Shown piece after piece: positions 21,499-31,775 of a DNA stretch of 64,000 nucleotides. Source of the DNA: an uncultured Actinomycetota bacterium (GTDB lineage Bacteria > Actinomycetota > Actinomycetes > Actinomycetales > Cellulomonadaceae); the NCBI GenBank assembly GCA_963837795.1, contig CAWIOT010000007.1:696287-760286 (forward strand). Reading direction: 5' to 3'. The translations under genes and the position numbers were made by a program. The stretch's first letter is position 1, and each line of letters starts with the position of its first letter. The notes under the pieces are model-generated. The model searched no databases and had not been told where the DNA came from. It saw nothing but the letters and a program-made list of their open reading frames with translations.

Positions 21499-22400
21499 GC
21501 GCACCGCCCGCCGGCGCGGACCTGCGCCTGCGGGGCCGCACCCTGGGCGCCGACCGACCGGTCGTCATGGCGGTCGTCAACCGCACGCCCGACTCCTTCT
21601 ACGCCGCCGCGCGGTTCGACGACGCGTCCGCCGACGCGGCGGTCGCGCAGGCGGCCGACGACGGTGCGGACATCGTCGACCTGGGCGGGGTGCGCGCCGG
21701 CCGCGGACCCCGGGTGGAGGCCGACGAGGAGATCGAGCGCGTCATCCCGCTGGTCCGGCGCGTCCGGGCACGGCACCCCGACCTGCTGGTCAGCGTGGAC
21801 ACGTGGCGGGCGCAGGTGGCGCGCGCGGCGGCCGACGAGGGCGCCGACCTGGTCAACGACACGTGGGCCGGCCACGACCCCGCGCTCATGGAGGTCGCGG
21901 CCGAGCGCGGCCTGGGCATCGTCTGCTCGCACACGGGTGGCGCGCTGCCGCGGACCGACCCGTTCCGGGTGACGTACGAGACCGCCGGCGGCGACCCGCT
22001 GGACGGCGTGGTCGACGACGTCGTCCGCACGGTCTCGGCCGCCGCGCGCCGCGCCGTGTCGCTGGGCATCGACCCCGCGAGCGTGCTGGTGGACCCGACG
22101 CACGACTTCGGCAAGAACACCTGGCACTCCCTGCACCTGGTCCGGCGCACGGAGGCGCTCGTCGCGCTCGGCTTCCCGGTGCTCATGGCCCTGTCCCGCA
22201 AGGACTTCGTGGGCGAGACGCTGGACCTGCCACCCGAGGAGCGCCTCGAGGGCACCCTCGCCGCGACCGCCGTCGCCGCCTGGCTCGGGGCCCGGGTGTT
22301 CCGGGCGCACGACGTGCGCGCGACCCGGCGCACCCTCGATATGGTCGCCACCATCCGCGGGGACCGACCCCCCGCCCGGACGGTGAGGGGGCTCGCGTGA
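21495..22400 (+). CDS. folP: Dihydropteroate synthase-like protein (FolP2-type paralog)
   Basis: GTG 21495 overlaps the LOG stop (GTGA). The pterin-binding fold motifs are VMAVVNRTPDSFY, DLGGVRAG, VNDTWAG and DPTHDFGKN. The C-terminal RTVRGLA and the genomic context match my recollection of mycobacterial FolP2 rather than the fol-operon FolP1. Confidence 0.85.
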   Translation: MSAPPAGADLRLRGRTLGADRPVVMAVVNRTPDSFYAAARFDDASADAAVAQAADDGADIVDLGGVRAGRGPRVEADEEIERVIPLVRRVRARHPDLLVSVDTWRAQVARAAADEGADLVNDTWAGHDPALMEVAAERGLGIVCSHTGGALPRTDPFRVTYETAGGDPLDGVVDDVVRTVSAAARRAVSLGIDPASVLVDPTHDFGKNTWHSLHLVRRTEALVALGFPVLMALSRKDFVGETLDLPPEERLEGTLAATAVAAWLGARVFRAHDVRATRRTLDMVATIRGDRPPARTVRGLA

Positions 22401-23656
22401 GCGAGGTGCGCGCGGTCGACGAGCCCGCGCCGACCGTCGCGCGTCCCACGCCGTGGTCCTGGGCAGCGAGCCGGCCGTGGTGGCTGCAGGTGCTCGCCGT
22501 GTACGCGGTCGCGCGGCTGGTCACTGCGCTGGTGTTCCTGTGGGTGGCCAGCGTGCAGGGCCAGAACGCCTGGACGCCCGCGCACCCCGGCTACTTCCCG
22601 TACGTCGGGTTCATGTTCGACGGGTCCTGGTACCGGACCGTCGCGGAGCACGGGTACCCGGCGACGCTCCCGGTCGGCGAGGACGGCCTGGTCCAGCAGA
22701 ACGCGTGGGCGTTCTTCCCGCTCTTCCCGCTGCTCGCCCGCGGCGTCATGCAGCTGACCGGGGGGCCGTGGGAGGTCGTCGCGCCGCTCCTCGCGCTCGC
22801 GCTGGGCGCCGGCGCGGTGCTCGCCGTCCACCGCACGGTGGTGCGCGGCGCCCCCCGGGCCGTCGCCGCACGCCCGGGTCTGCCGCTGGCGACGGTGGCC
22901 CTGGTCAGCGTCTTCCCCACGGCCGCGGTGCTGCAGGTCGCGTACACCGAGGCGCTGGCCCTGCTGCTCGTCGCGAGCGCGCTCCTGCTGCTCCTGCGGC
23001 GCGACTACGCCTGGATGGCGCTGGTGGTGGTGGCGCTGGGCTTCACGCGCGCGGTCGCGCTGCCCATGGCCGCGGTCGTCGTGGTGCACGCGGCAGTGCG
23101 CTGGTGGTCGGCGCGACGCGGCGCTGACACGTGGACGTGGCGGACCGCGGTCGGTCTGGGCGCGCTGACGGTGCTCGCCGTGGCCTCCGGGTTCCTGTGG
23201 CCCGCGATCTGCGGCTGGGTGACCGGCGTCCCGGACGGCTACCTGCAGACGCAGGAGGCGTGGCGCGGGGTGCGCGAGGTCGCCCCGTTCGGGGGGTGGA
23301 CGTACGTGCCGCAGTTCTGGTTCGGCGCCTGGGCGGTCCCGGTGGTCGTCGCGTCCTTCGCGCTCGTCGTCGCGGTGCTCGTCGTGCCCGCCGCCTGGCG
23401 CCTGGGCAACGAGCTGCACACCTGGGCCGCCGCCTATGTGGTCTACATCGCCGCGGTCGTGGAGCCGGGCAGCAGCCTGGCGCGCTTCCTGCTGCTCGCG
23501 TTCCCCCTGGGCGCGGTCACCGCCGGCGTCGTCACGCGACCGGCCGCGGCGCGGCGCTGGTGGTTCGGTGCGGTCGTCGTCCTCATGCTCGGGCTGCAGG
23601 TGCTGTGGGTCCGGCAGATGTGGCACGCCAACCCCGTGGCGGACTGGCCGCCGTGA
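22397..23656 (+). CDS. Polytopic GT-C-like glycosyltransferase (PIG-V/mannosyltransferase-like membrane protein)
   Basis: GTG 22397 overlaps the folP stop (GTGA). About 10 TM spans are visible. The loop FDGSWYRTVAEHGYPATLP...NAWAFFPLFPLLAR is typical of actinobacterial PIG-V-like mannosyltransferases. Confidence 0.7.
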   Translation: MSEVRAVDEPAPTVARPTPWSWAASRPWWLQVLAVYAVARLVTALVFLWVASVQGQNAWTPAHPGYFPYVGFMFDGSWYRTVAEHGYPATLPVGEDGLVQQNAWAFFPLFPLLARGVMQLTGGPWEVVAPLLALALGAGAVLAVHRTVVRGAPRAVAARPGLPLATVALVSVFPTAAVLQVAYTEALALLLVASALLLLLRRDYAWMALVVVALGFTRAVALPMAAVVVVHAAVRWWSARRGADTWTWRTAVGLGALTVLAVASGFLWPAICGWVTGVPDGYLQTQEAWRGVREVAPFGGWTYVPQFWFGAWAVPVVVASFALVVAVLVVPAAWRLGNELHTWAAAYVVYIAAVVEPGSSLARFLLLAFPLGAVTAGVVTRPAAARRWWFGAVVVLMLGLQVLWVRQMWHANPVADWPP

Positions 23657-23830
23657 CCGGCGCTGCTGGACGTGCGTCCGATCGGTGGCCTGACCGGCAG
23701 CGGGACCGGTGACGGGCCGCCGGTGAACTAGGATGGACCGCGGACAACCGGGAGACGAGGCCGACGTGGCGTGCGTGAAAACGCCCGCACGAGCCGCGCA
23801 CCGGACGCACGAGCGAAGGAGAGGCCACGC

Positions 23831-23998
23831 ATGGCCGCGATGAAGCCGAGGACCGGTGACGGCCCGCTCGAGGTCACGAAGGAGGGCCGCGGCATCGTGA
23901 TGCGCGTGCCGCTCGAGGGCGGTGGACGGCTGGTGGTCGAGCTCAACGCGACCGAGGCCGCGGAGCTGGGTGAGGCCCTCACGTCCGTCGTCAGCTGA
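23831..23998 (+). CDS. DUF3117-type small conserved actinobacterial protein
   Basis: ATG 23831 follows AAGGAGAGG. MAAMKPRTGDGPLEVTKEGRGIVMRVPLEGGGRLVVELN matches the highly conserved ~55-aa family (Rv1209-like). The upstream extension to 23771 has no support. Confidence 0.85.
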   Translation: MAAMKPRTGDGPLEVTKEGRGIVMRVPLEGGGRLVVELNATEAAELGEALTSVVS

Positions 23999-24000
23999 CG

Positions 24001-25587
24001 ATGGCACGCACCAGGACGTCGATCGGGCGCACGCCGCCCGTCGTGACGGTCGACGGCGGCGGCATCGCGACGACGACGCTGCTGACCGACGGGTCGACCG
24101 ACGCGGTCGCCGTGCCGGTGGCGCCCGCCCGCACGGGCGACGACGCGCTGCGGCCGCTGGAGGGCACCGCCGAGGCGGCGGCGCGGTACGGGGTGGACCT
24201 GGCGGAGATCGGTGAGCGTGCTCGGCTCACGGGCGCGGCCGGCGAGGTCTACGTCCTGCAGCTGCCGCGGCCGGTGGGCTCGTCCGTCACGCTCCCGTGG
24301 TCGGGCCTGCCGCCGCGCCTGCTGCTGGTCGGCGTCGGCGCCGGGCGCCCGGAGGACCTGCGGCGCGCCGGTGCTGCGCTCGCACGCTCCTCGCGCGGTC
24401 TGCGCCGCGTGGTCACCACGCTCGGCGCGGGCGCGCACCTGGACGACTCCGCCGCCGCCGCGGCCGCCCGCGCGGTCACGGAGGGCTACCTGCTCGCCGC
24501 CTACTCGCCACCCAGCGCGGCGACGTCCGGTGAGGGGCCGCGCGACGCCGGGGAGCTCGTGCTGCTCGGCCGGGACGGGACGCGTCAGGCGGCCGCCGTC
24601 GAGGAGGGCCGGACCGCCGCCACGGCCACGTGGCTGGTGCGGGACCTGGCCACCACGCCGTCCAGCACGAAGACGCCGGCGTGGCTCGCGGACCAGGCCA
24701 AGCGCCTGGCGACGAAGGCCGGCCTCGAGGTCACGGTCCGCGGCACGCGCGAGCTGACGGCGGAGGGGTTCGGCGGCATCCTGGCCGTCGGTGCCGGCTC
24801 GGCGTCGCCGCCGCGGCTCGTCACGGTGTCCTACCGGCCGCCCACGGCCGGTGGTCGGCACGTGGTCGTCGTCGGCAAGGGCATCACGTTCGACACGGGT
24901 GGCCTGTCGATCAAGCCCCGCGAGGGCATGGTCCCGATGAAGACCGACATGACCGGGGCGGCCGTCGCGCTCGCCACCGTGCTCGGCGCGGCCGCGGCGG
25001 GCGTCGCGCACCGGGTCACCGCGGTCCTGCCGCTGGCGGAGAACCATTGTGGTGGCGCGTCCTACCGGCCGGGCGACGTGCTGACCCTGTGGGGCGGCAC
25101 CACCGTGGAGATCGCCAACACCGACGCCGAGGGCCGGCTGGTCCTGGCCGACGCGCTGGCGTGGGCGGACGCGACGCTCGACCCCGACGTGCTCGTCGAC
25201 GTCGCCACCCTGACCGGGGCGGCGACCCTGGGACTCGGCAAGCAGCACGCCGCGCTGTACTCCGCCGACGAGGAGCTCGCGGGCTCCCTGCTCGCGGCGT
25301 CGGACGCCTCCGGTGAGCTGGCGTGGCGCATGCCGCTGGTCGAGGAGTACGAGGAGGCCGTCCGGTCCCGGGTGGCCGACCTGCGGCACGTGCCCGAGGA
25401 CAAGCGCATCGGCGGCGGGTCGATCACCGCGGCCCTGTTCCTGCGGCACTTCGTCGGGCAGCGCACGTGGGCGCACCTCGACATCGCCGGACCCGCGCGC
25501 GCCACGGCGGACAAGCACGAGGTCACCGAGGGGGCGACCGGCTTCGGGGCACGCCTGCTGCTGCGGTACCTGGACGACCTGCGCTGA
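24001..25587 (+). CDS. pepA: Leucyl aminopeptidase (M17)
   Basis: The M17 signature NTDAEGRLVLADAL is present, plus VGKGITFDTGGLSIKP. Confidence 0.93.
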   Translation: MARTRTSIGRTPPVVTVDGGGIATTTLLTDGSTDAVAVPVAPARTGDDALRPLEGTAEAAARYGVDLAEIGERARLTGAAGEVYVLQLPRPVGSSVTLPWSGLPPRLLLVGVGAGRPEDLRRAGAALARSSRGLRRVVTTLGAGAHLDDSAAAAAARAVTEGYLLAAYSPPSAATSGEGPRDAGELVLLGRDGTRQAAAVEEGRTAATATWLVRDLATTPSSTKTPAWLADQAKRLATKAGLEVTVRGTRELTAEGFGGILAVGAGSASPPRLVTVSYRPPTAGGRHVVVVGKGITFDTGGLSIKPREGMVPMKTDMTGAAVALATVLGAAAAGVAHRVTAVLPLAENHCGGASYRPGDVLTLWGGTTVEIANTDAEGRLVLADALAWADATLDPDVLVDVATLTGAATLGLGKQHAALYSADEELAGSLLAASDASGELAWRMPLVEEYEEAVRSRVADLRHVPEDKRIGGGSITAALFLRHFVGQRTWAHLDIAGPARATADKHEVTEGATGFGARLLLRYLDDLR

Positions 25588-25615
25588 CGCCCCGCCCTCG
25601 GGCAGGCGTCAGCGC
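25581..25615. terminator. Bidirectional hairpin between convergent pepA and the O-methyltransferase gene
   Basis: GCGCTGACGCC (25581-25591) pairs with GGCGTCAGCGC (25605-25615). Both stop codons lie inside the stem. Confidence 0.55.
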
Positions 25616-26241
25616 TTGACGGCCACCAGGAGCCCGTCGCCCGTGGGCAGCAGGGCAGGCAGCAGGCGGTCGTCGGCGCGCACCAGGCGCCCCACCTCGC
25701 GGATGGTCGTCGTGGTCTCGTCGCGGCGGGCGGGATCGGCGACCCGGTCGTGCCAGAGGGCGTTGTCCACGGCCAGCACGCCGCCGGGGCGCAGCAGGCG
25801 CACGGCCTGCTCGACGTACCCGGGGTAGGACTCCTTGTCGGCGTCGACGAACACGAGGTCGTAGCCGCCGTCGGTCAGCCGAGGGACCACGTCGAGGGCG
25901 CGGCCGGAGATCGTGCGGGTGCGCGTGGGCCGGACGCCCTCCTCGGCGAACGCCTCCTTGGCGGCCCGCTGGTGCTCGACCTCGAGGTCGATGGTGGTGA
26001 GCACACCGTCCGCGGGCATGCCGCGCAGCAGGTAGAGCGAGCCGACGCCGGCACCGGTGCCGATCTCCACCACGGCGCGTGCCGAGACGGCTGCCGCGAG
26101 GACGCTGAGCACCGCGCCGGACCCGGGCAGGACCGGCGTGCAGCCCAGCTGCGCGGCGCGCTCGCGGGCCCGTAGCAGGACGTCGTCCTCCGGCAGGAAC
26201 TCCTCGCAGTAGACCCAGCTCTGGGCCTTGTCGGTGGAGAT
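25609..26241 (-). CDS. SAM-dependent O-methyltransferase (class I, CCoAOMT-like); start codon apparently non-canonical
   Basis: The SAM motif VVEIGTGAGVGSL and DLVFVDADK are present. The conserved, high-GC3 coding sequence continues upstream of the first canonical start (GTG 26112) to ATC ATC at 26244-26239. AGGAGG (26252-26247) precedes these and the in-frame stop is at 26289-26287. The position upstream of sigE matches Rv1220c. Confidence 0.75.
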   Translation of the reverse strand: MSTDKAQSWVYCEEFLPEDDVLLRARERAAQLGCTPVLPGSGAVLSVLAAAVSARAVVEIGTGAGVGSLYLLRGMPADGVLTTIDLEVEHQRAAKEAFAEEGVRPTRTRTISGRALDVVPRLTDGGYDLVFVDADKESYPGYVEQAVRLLRPGGVLAVDNALWHDRVADPARRDETTTTIREVGRLVRADDRLLPALLPTGDGLLVAVKR

Positions 26242-26353
26242 GATGGCCTCCTGGGGCGGGACGGCGGTGCGGTGGGACGGTCGCCGTCAGCGTAGTCGCG
26301 CCCCGAGCGCCGGGGTGGGACGCGGCGGGGCGTGCACGGCGTCCGCTCCCGGC

Positions 26354-26379
26354 GGAACTTCTCGCCCGCCGTGAGCGTT
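26354..26379 (+). promoter_or_regulatory. ECF-type promoter GGAAC-N17-CGTT upstream of sigE
   Basis: GGAAC is at 26354-26358 and CGTT at 26376-26379, exactly 17 nt apart and ~47 nt upstream of the sigE ATG. This matches the actinobacterial SigE/SigH-type consensus. Confidence 0.6.
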
Positions 26380-26425
26380 CCTAGCGTTCGAGCCTCACAG
26401 GTCCACCTGGGACACTGGGGGCACG

Positions 26426-27037
26426 ATGGCACGCACCGAGGAGACCGACCCCATGAGCACCCAGCCCGCCGCCTGGCAGGCTCCGTCGTGGGAGGAGATC
26501 GTCCGCGACCACTCCGCGCGGGTGTACCGGCTGGCCTACCGCCTCACGGGCAACAAGCACGACGCCGAGGACCTCACGCAGGAGACGTTCGTCCGGGTGT
26601 TCCGGTCGCTGCACTCGTACACGCCCGGGACGTTCGAGGGGTGGCTGCACCGCATCACCACCAACCTGTTCCTCGACCAGGCCCGCCGCCGGCAGCGCAT
26701 CCGCATGGACGCGATGGGGGAGGACTCCGAGCGGTACGCGTCGTCGGACCAGCTCGGCGCGCCCGAGCGGGCCTTCGAGCACGGCAACCTGGACGTGGAC
26801 GTGCAGCGGGCGCTCGACGACCTGCCGCCCGAGTACCGCGCGGCCGTGGTGCTGTGCGACATCGAGGGCCTCTCGTACGAGGAGATCGCGGTCACGCTCG
26901 GCATCAAGCTGGGCACCGTGCGGTCCCGCATCCACCGGGCGCGTGCGCGCCTGCGGATCTCGCTCGAGCACCGCGCCCCGGCCGCGCTCGCCGCCGTCGA
27001 CAGCACCGACGAGTCCCCGCTGACGGTCCTGGGATGA
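26426..27037 (+). CDS. sigE: ECF RNA polymerase sigma factor SigE
   Basis: Region 2 ([18 protein letters not shown]...[12 protein letters not shown]) and region 4 ([24 protein letters not shown]) are recognisable. It is followed by anti-sigma, htrA and tatB genes. Confidence 0.93.
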   Translation: MARTEETDPMSTQPAAWQAPSWEEIVRDHSARVYRLAYRLTGNKHDAEDLTQETFVRVFRSLHSYTPGTFEGWLHRITTNLFLDQARRRQRIRMDAMGEDSERYASSDQLGAPERAFEHGNLDVDVQRALDDLPPEYRAAVVLCDIEGLSYEEIAVTLGIKLGTVRSRIHRARARLRISLEHRAPAALAAVDSTDESPLTVLG

Positions 27038-28026
27038 GCCACCTCGGGTCGCGGATCAGCGCGCTGGTCGACGGTCAGCTCTCGGTCGTGGAGACCGAGC
27101 GGGCCCTGTCGCACGTCGCCGTCTGCCCCGAGTGCTCCGCCGAGCTGGCCGCATCCCGCGCCGCCCGTCAGGCCCTGGCGTCCGCGCGGGAGGTCGCCCC
27201 GGAGCCCGACCTCACCGCCCGGCTGCTGTCGCTCGCATCGAGCACCGAGCCCGCGCCGGGGGACCCGTTCGCGCCGCCCGTGCGCCAGAGCCGCGACGAG
27301 CTGGCGTCCTACGGCGTGGCCAGCGGCGGGCTCGGCGGCCGCGGCTGGCGCAACGGGTCGTCCCTGCGCGGCGACGTGGGCCACCGCAGGTCCTCGGTCC
27401 GGCTGGCCGCCGGGTCGATGGCCGGTCTGGGCGCCGTCGCGGCCATGCTCTTCGTGCTCGGTGAGCGTCCCGCCGTGGTGCCCACCGTCCACCCCGGCTC
27501 CGACCTGAGCCTGCTGGGCCAGGCGATCACCGTGGACCCCGCCTCCGGGAGCGCCGCGACCGAGACGACGCCGATGTCGTTCGGCGGCGGCGTCCCCGCC
27601 GGCGGCCCGTCGGTGTCGTGGCTGCGGGACCACTCCTGGTCGTTCCCCGCGCAGCTGCCGGACGGCTGGTCGGTGACGGCGGTGCGCTGGACCGGCGACG
27701 ACGCGCACGTGCTCGAGGTCGACGTGCTGGGACCGCACGACACGTCGCTCGTGGTCACCGAGCAGCAGGGGCGCCTCGACACCTCCGCGCTGGCCGGCGC
27801 GCCGACCGGCGTGGTGGGCGGTCGCGAGGTCTACGTCCTGTCCTACGAGCCGTGGCACGTGGTCTGGCAGGCCGACGGGACGGTCGTGCAGGTCGTCGGG
27901 TCGCAGTCGTCCGACGACGCGGAGAGTCTTGTGGGAGCCTTTCCTGGCGGCGCCTTCGACGACGGCGTGCCTGCGCGCATCACGCGCGGCTGGGACACCG
28001 TGACAGGAGCGCTCGAACGGCCATGA
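27034..28026 (+). CDS. Zinc-binding (ZAS, HxxxCxxC) membrane-spanning anti-sigma factor
   Basis: ATG 27034 overlaps the sigE stop (ATGA). It carries [10 protein letters not shown], one TM span ([19 protein letters not shown]) and a ~170-aa extracytoplasmic domain. Confidence 0.85.
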   Translation: MSHLGSRISALVDGQLSVVETERALSHVAVCPECSAELAASRAARQALASAREVAPEPDLTARLLSLASSTEPAPGDPFAPPVRQSRDELASYGVASGGLGGRGWRNGSSLRGDVGHRRSSVRLAAGSMAGLGAVAAMLFVLGERPAVVPTVHPGSDLSLLGQAITVDPASGSAATETTPMSFGGGVPAGGPSVSWLRDHSWSFPAQLPDGWSVTAVRWTGDDAHVLEVDVLGPHDTSLVVTEQQGRLDTSALAGAPTGVVGGREVYVLSYEPWHVVWQADGTVVQVVGSQSSDDAESLVGAFPGGAFDDGVPARITRGWDTVTGALERP

Positions 28027-29588
28027 CGACCCCCGACGACGCCGAGCCCGTCGCCGACCCCGCGGGCGAGCGCGCCGCTGCCAGTCCGTTCGCCTCCCCG
28101 TCGGGCCGTCGTGAGCTGCCCGTGACCCCACCGGGCGCGGCACCCGGTGCGCCGTCCGGCTCCACCGCCCCGCCGACTCCGGCCGCCGACCCGCAGCACG
28201 CACCCGCGTCGCACGGCTCAGTGCCCGACGGCGCTGTCCCGCACGGGTCGGTGCCGATGTTCGCGCCACCCTCCCCGTACGCACCGCCGACCGGTCCGCG
28301 GTCCGGGGACGCACCCACGTCGCCGTACCGCCCGGTCGCCGCGCAGGAGCCGGCGTGGCCCGGCGGCCCCTACGCGCCCCTCGGCACCGCCGGGCCGCAC
28401 CCGGTCGGCGAGCACCAGCAGCCCGGTCACCCGGACCCGGCCGGTCAGCCGCACACGGTCGTCGTGCGTCGGCGGCGCCGTCGGACCCTGTCGGTCGCGT
28501 GGGTCGCACCCCTGGTCGCCCTCGCGCTCGTCGCGGGGGCCGTCGGCGGCGTGCTCGGCGCGCGGCTCACCCAGGACGACCACCTCGCCGACGCCGGTCT
28601 GCCGGTCGCGGCCGACGGGGCGAGCACCATCGAGCGCGCCCCCGACTCGGTGGCCGGCATCGCCGCGGGAGTGCTGCCCAGCGTCGTGTCCATCCAGGCG
28701 GACAGCCCCGAGGGCAGCGCCACCGGGTCCGGGTTCGTGCTGCGCGCAGACGGCTACCTGGTGACCAACAACCACGTCATCTCGCAGGCCGACGGAGCCG
28801 CGGCCTCGACCATCACGATCACGTTCGTCGACGGCAGCGAGCAGCCCGCCACCGTGGTGGGCCGGACGTCCGACTACGACCTGGCGGTGCTCAAGGTCGA
28901 GGTGCAGGGCCTGACCCCGCTGCTGCTGGGCGACTCCGACGCGGTCGTCGTCGGCGATGCCGTCGTGGCCGTCGGTGCGCCGCTGGGGCTCGCCGGGACG
29001 GTCACCACGGGGATCGTCAGCGCGCTCAACCGGCCCGTGTCCGCCGGCGAGGCCACGGACAGCAACCAGCAGGCGTTCATCAACGCGATCCAGACGGACG
29101 CGGCGATCAACCCCGGCAACTCCGGCGGTCCGCTGGTCAACGCGCTGGGCCAGGTCATCGGGATCAACTCCGCGATCGCGCAGCCGCCCGGCTCGACGGC
29201 CCTGGTGGGCGGCAGCATCGGTCTCGGCTTCGCCATCCCGTCGAACCAGGTGCGGCGCACCGCGGACCAGCTGATCGAGACGGGTCAGGCCACGTACCCG
29301 ATCATCGGGGTCCTGCTGGACCAGCGGTACACCGGCGAGGGCGTCCAGGTGTCCACCGACGACCAGTCCGGGCGGTCACCGGTCACCGCCGACGGCCCCG
29401 CGGACCGTGCTGGCATCCACCCGGGCGACGTCATCCTGGCCATCGACGGCCGGCCGGTGACGGACCCCGACGAGCTCATCGTGGCCATCCGCGCGCGGAC
29501 GCCCGGGGACACGATCGTGCTGCACGTGCGCAGCGGCTCGCGCGAGCGCGACGTGCGCGTGAAGCTCGACGAGTCCCCGACGGAGTAG
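28023..29588 (+). CDS. htrA: HtrA/PepD-type trypsin-like serine protease with a PDZ domain
   Basis: ATG 28023 overlaps the upstream stop (ATGA). It has a Pro-rich cytoplasmic N-terminus and a TM span. The catalytic regions are TNNHV, DLAVLK and GNSGGPLV. A C-terminal PDZ domain is present. Confidence 0.92.
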   Translation: MTTPDDAEPVADPAGERAAASPFASPSGRRELPVTPPGAAPGAPSGSTAPPTPAADPQHAPASHGSVPDGAVPHGSVPMFAPPSPYAPPTGPRSGDAPTSPYRPVAAQEPAWPGGPYAPLGTAGPHPVGEHQQPGHPDPAGQPHTVVVRRRRRRTLSVAWVAPLVALALVAGAVGGVLGARLTQDDHLADAGLPVAADGASTIERAPDSVAGIAAGVLPSVVSIQADSPEGSATGSGFVLRADGYLVTNNHVISQADGAAASTITITFVDGSEQPATVVGRTSDYDLAVLKVEVQGLTPLLLGDSDAVVVGDAVVAVGAPLGLAGTVTTGIVSALNRPVSAGEATDSNQQAFINAIQTDAAINPGNSGGPLVNALGQVIGINSAIAQPPGSTALVGGSIGLGFAIPSNQVRRTADQLIETGQATYPIIGVLLDQRYTGEGVQVSTDDQSGRSPVTADGPADRAGIHPGDVILAIDGRPVTDPDELIVAIRARTPGDTIVLHVRSGSRERDVRVKLDESPTE

Positions 29589-29645
29589 CCCGCCGGAGGC
29601 GGTTGAGCGGCGTCCCGCCGAGCCGGCGCGCACAGGGTGCGGGGG

Positions 29646-29651
29646 TAGTCT
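29646..29651 (+). promoter_or_regulatory. -10 box TAGTCT, 6 nt upstream of the tatB GTG (leaderless)
   Basis: Read directly from the sequence. No SD is present. Confidence 0.5.
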
Positions 29652-29657
29652 GACCCG

Positions 29658-30065
29658 GTGTTCGGGATCAACGGCGGAGAGCTGCTGGTGCTGCTCGTCG
29701 TCGCCGCGCTGGTCATCGGCCCCGAGCGGCTCCCCGGGTACGCCGAGCAGCTGGGCCAGTGGGTGCGGCGCGGCCGCCAGCTGCTCCGCGACGCCAAGGC
29801 CCGGGTGGACGAGGAGCTGGGCGACGAGGTCGGCGACGTCGACTGGGCCGCCCTCGACCCGCGCAAGTACGACCCCCGCCGGATCGTGCGGGACGCCCTG
29901 CTCGAGGACGACCCGCCGCGGCCCGTGAGCACGCCTGCCACCCGACCGGTCACCGGTGCGGCTGCGGCGCGCGCGGCGACCGGCGGTGTCGCGGCCGCGG
30001 CCGCCGGGTCGGCTCGGGCGGCAGGTCCACCGCTCCCCACGCCGTACGACGACGAGGCCACCTGA
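29658..30065 (+). CDS. tatB: Twin-arginine translocase subunit TatB
   Basis: The N-terminus is MFGINGGELLVLLVVAALVIGPERLP, followed by an amphipathic helix and a disordered tail. The start is GTG. Confidence 0.9.
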   Translation: MFGINGGELLVLLVVAALVIGPERLPGYAEQLGQWVRRGRQLLRDAKARVDEELGDEVGDVDWAALDPRKYDPRRIVRDALLEDDPPRPVSTPATRPVTGAAAARAATGGVAAAAAGSARAAGPPLPTPYDDEAT

Positions 30066-30144
30066 CGCCCTGCCCCGCCCCCACCCTCTCCCTCCCGCAC
30101 AGCACCCGGCACGCACCCGGCACGGCCGGGTCCTGTGTCCCTGA

Positions 30145-31766
<1,622 letters not shown>

Positions 31767-31775
31767 GGTCGAGCC

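Noticed and set aside
23771-23830. Longer 75-aa form of the DUF3117 protein
   Set aside because: The strong SD AAGGAGAGG lies directly before ATG 23831, and the conserved family sequence begins at MAAMKPRTGDG.
30090-30125. Short direct repeat GCACCCGGCAC x2 and a C-rich tract after tatB as a possible sRNA or terminator
   Set aside because: No stable stem can be drawn and there is no flanking promoter-like element. It is most likely chance repetition in GC-rich DNA.
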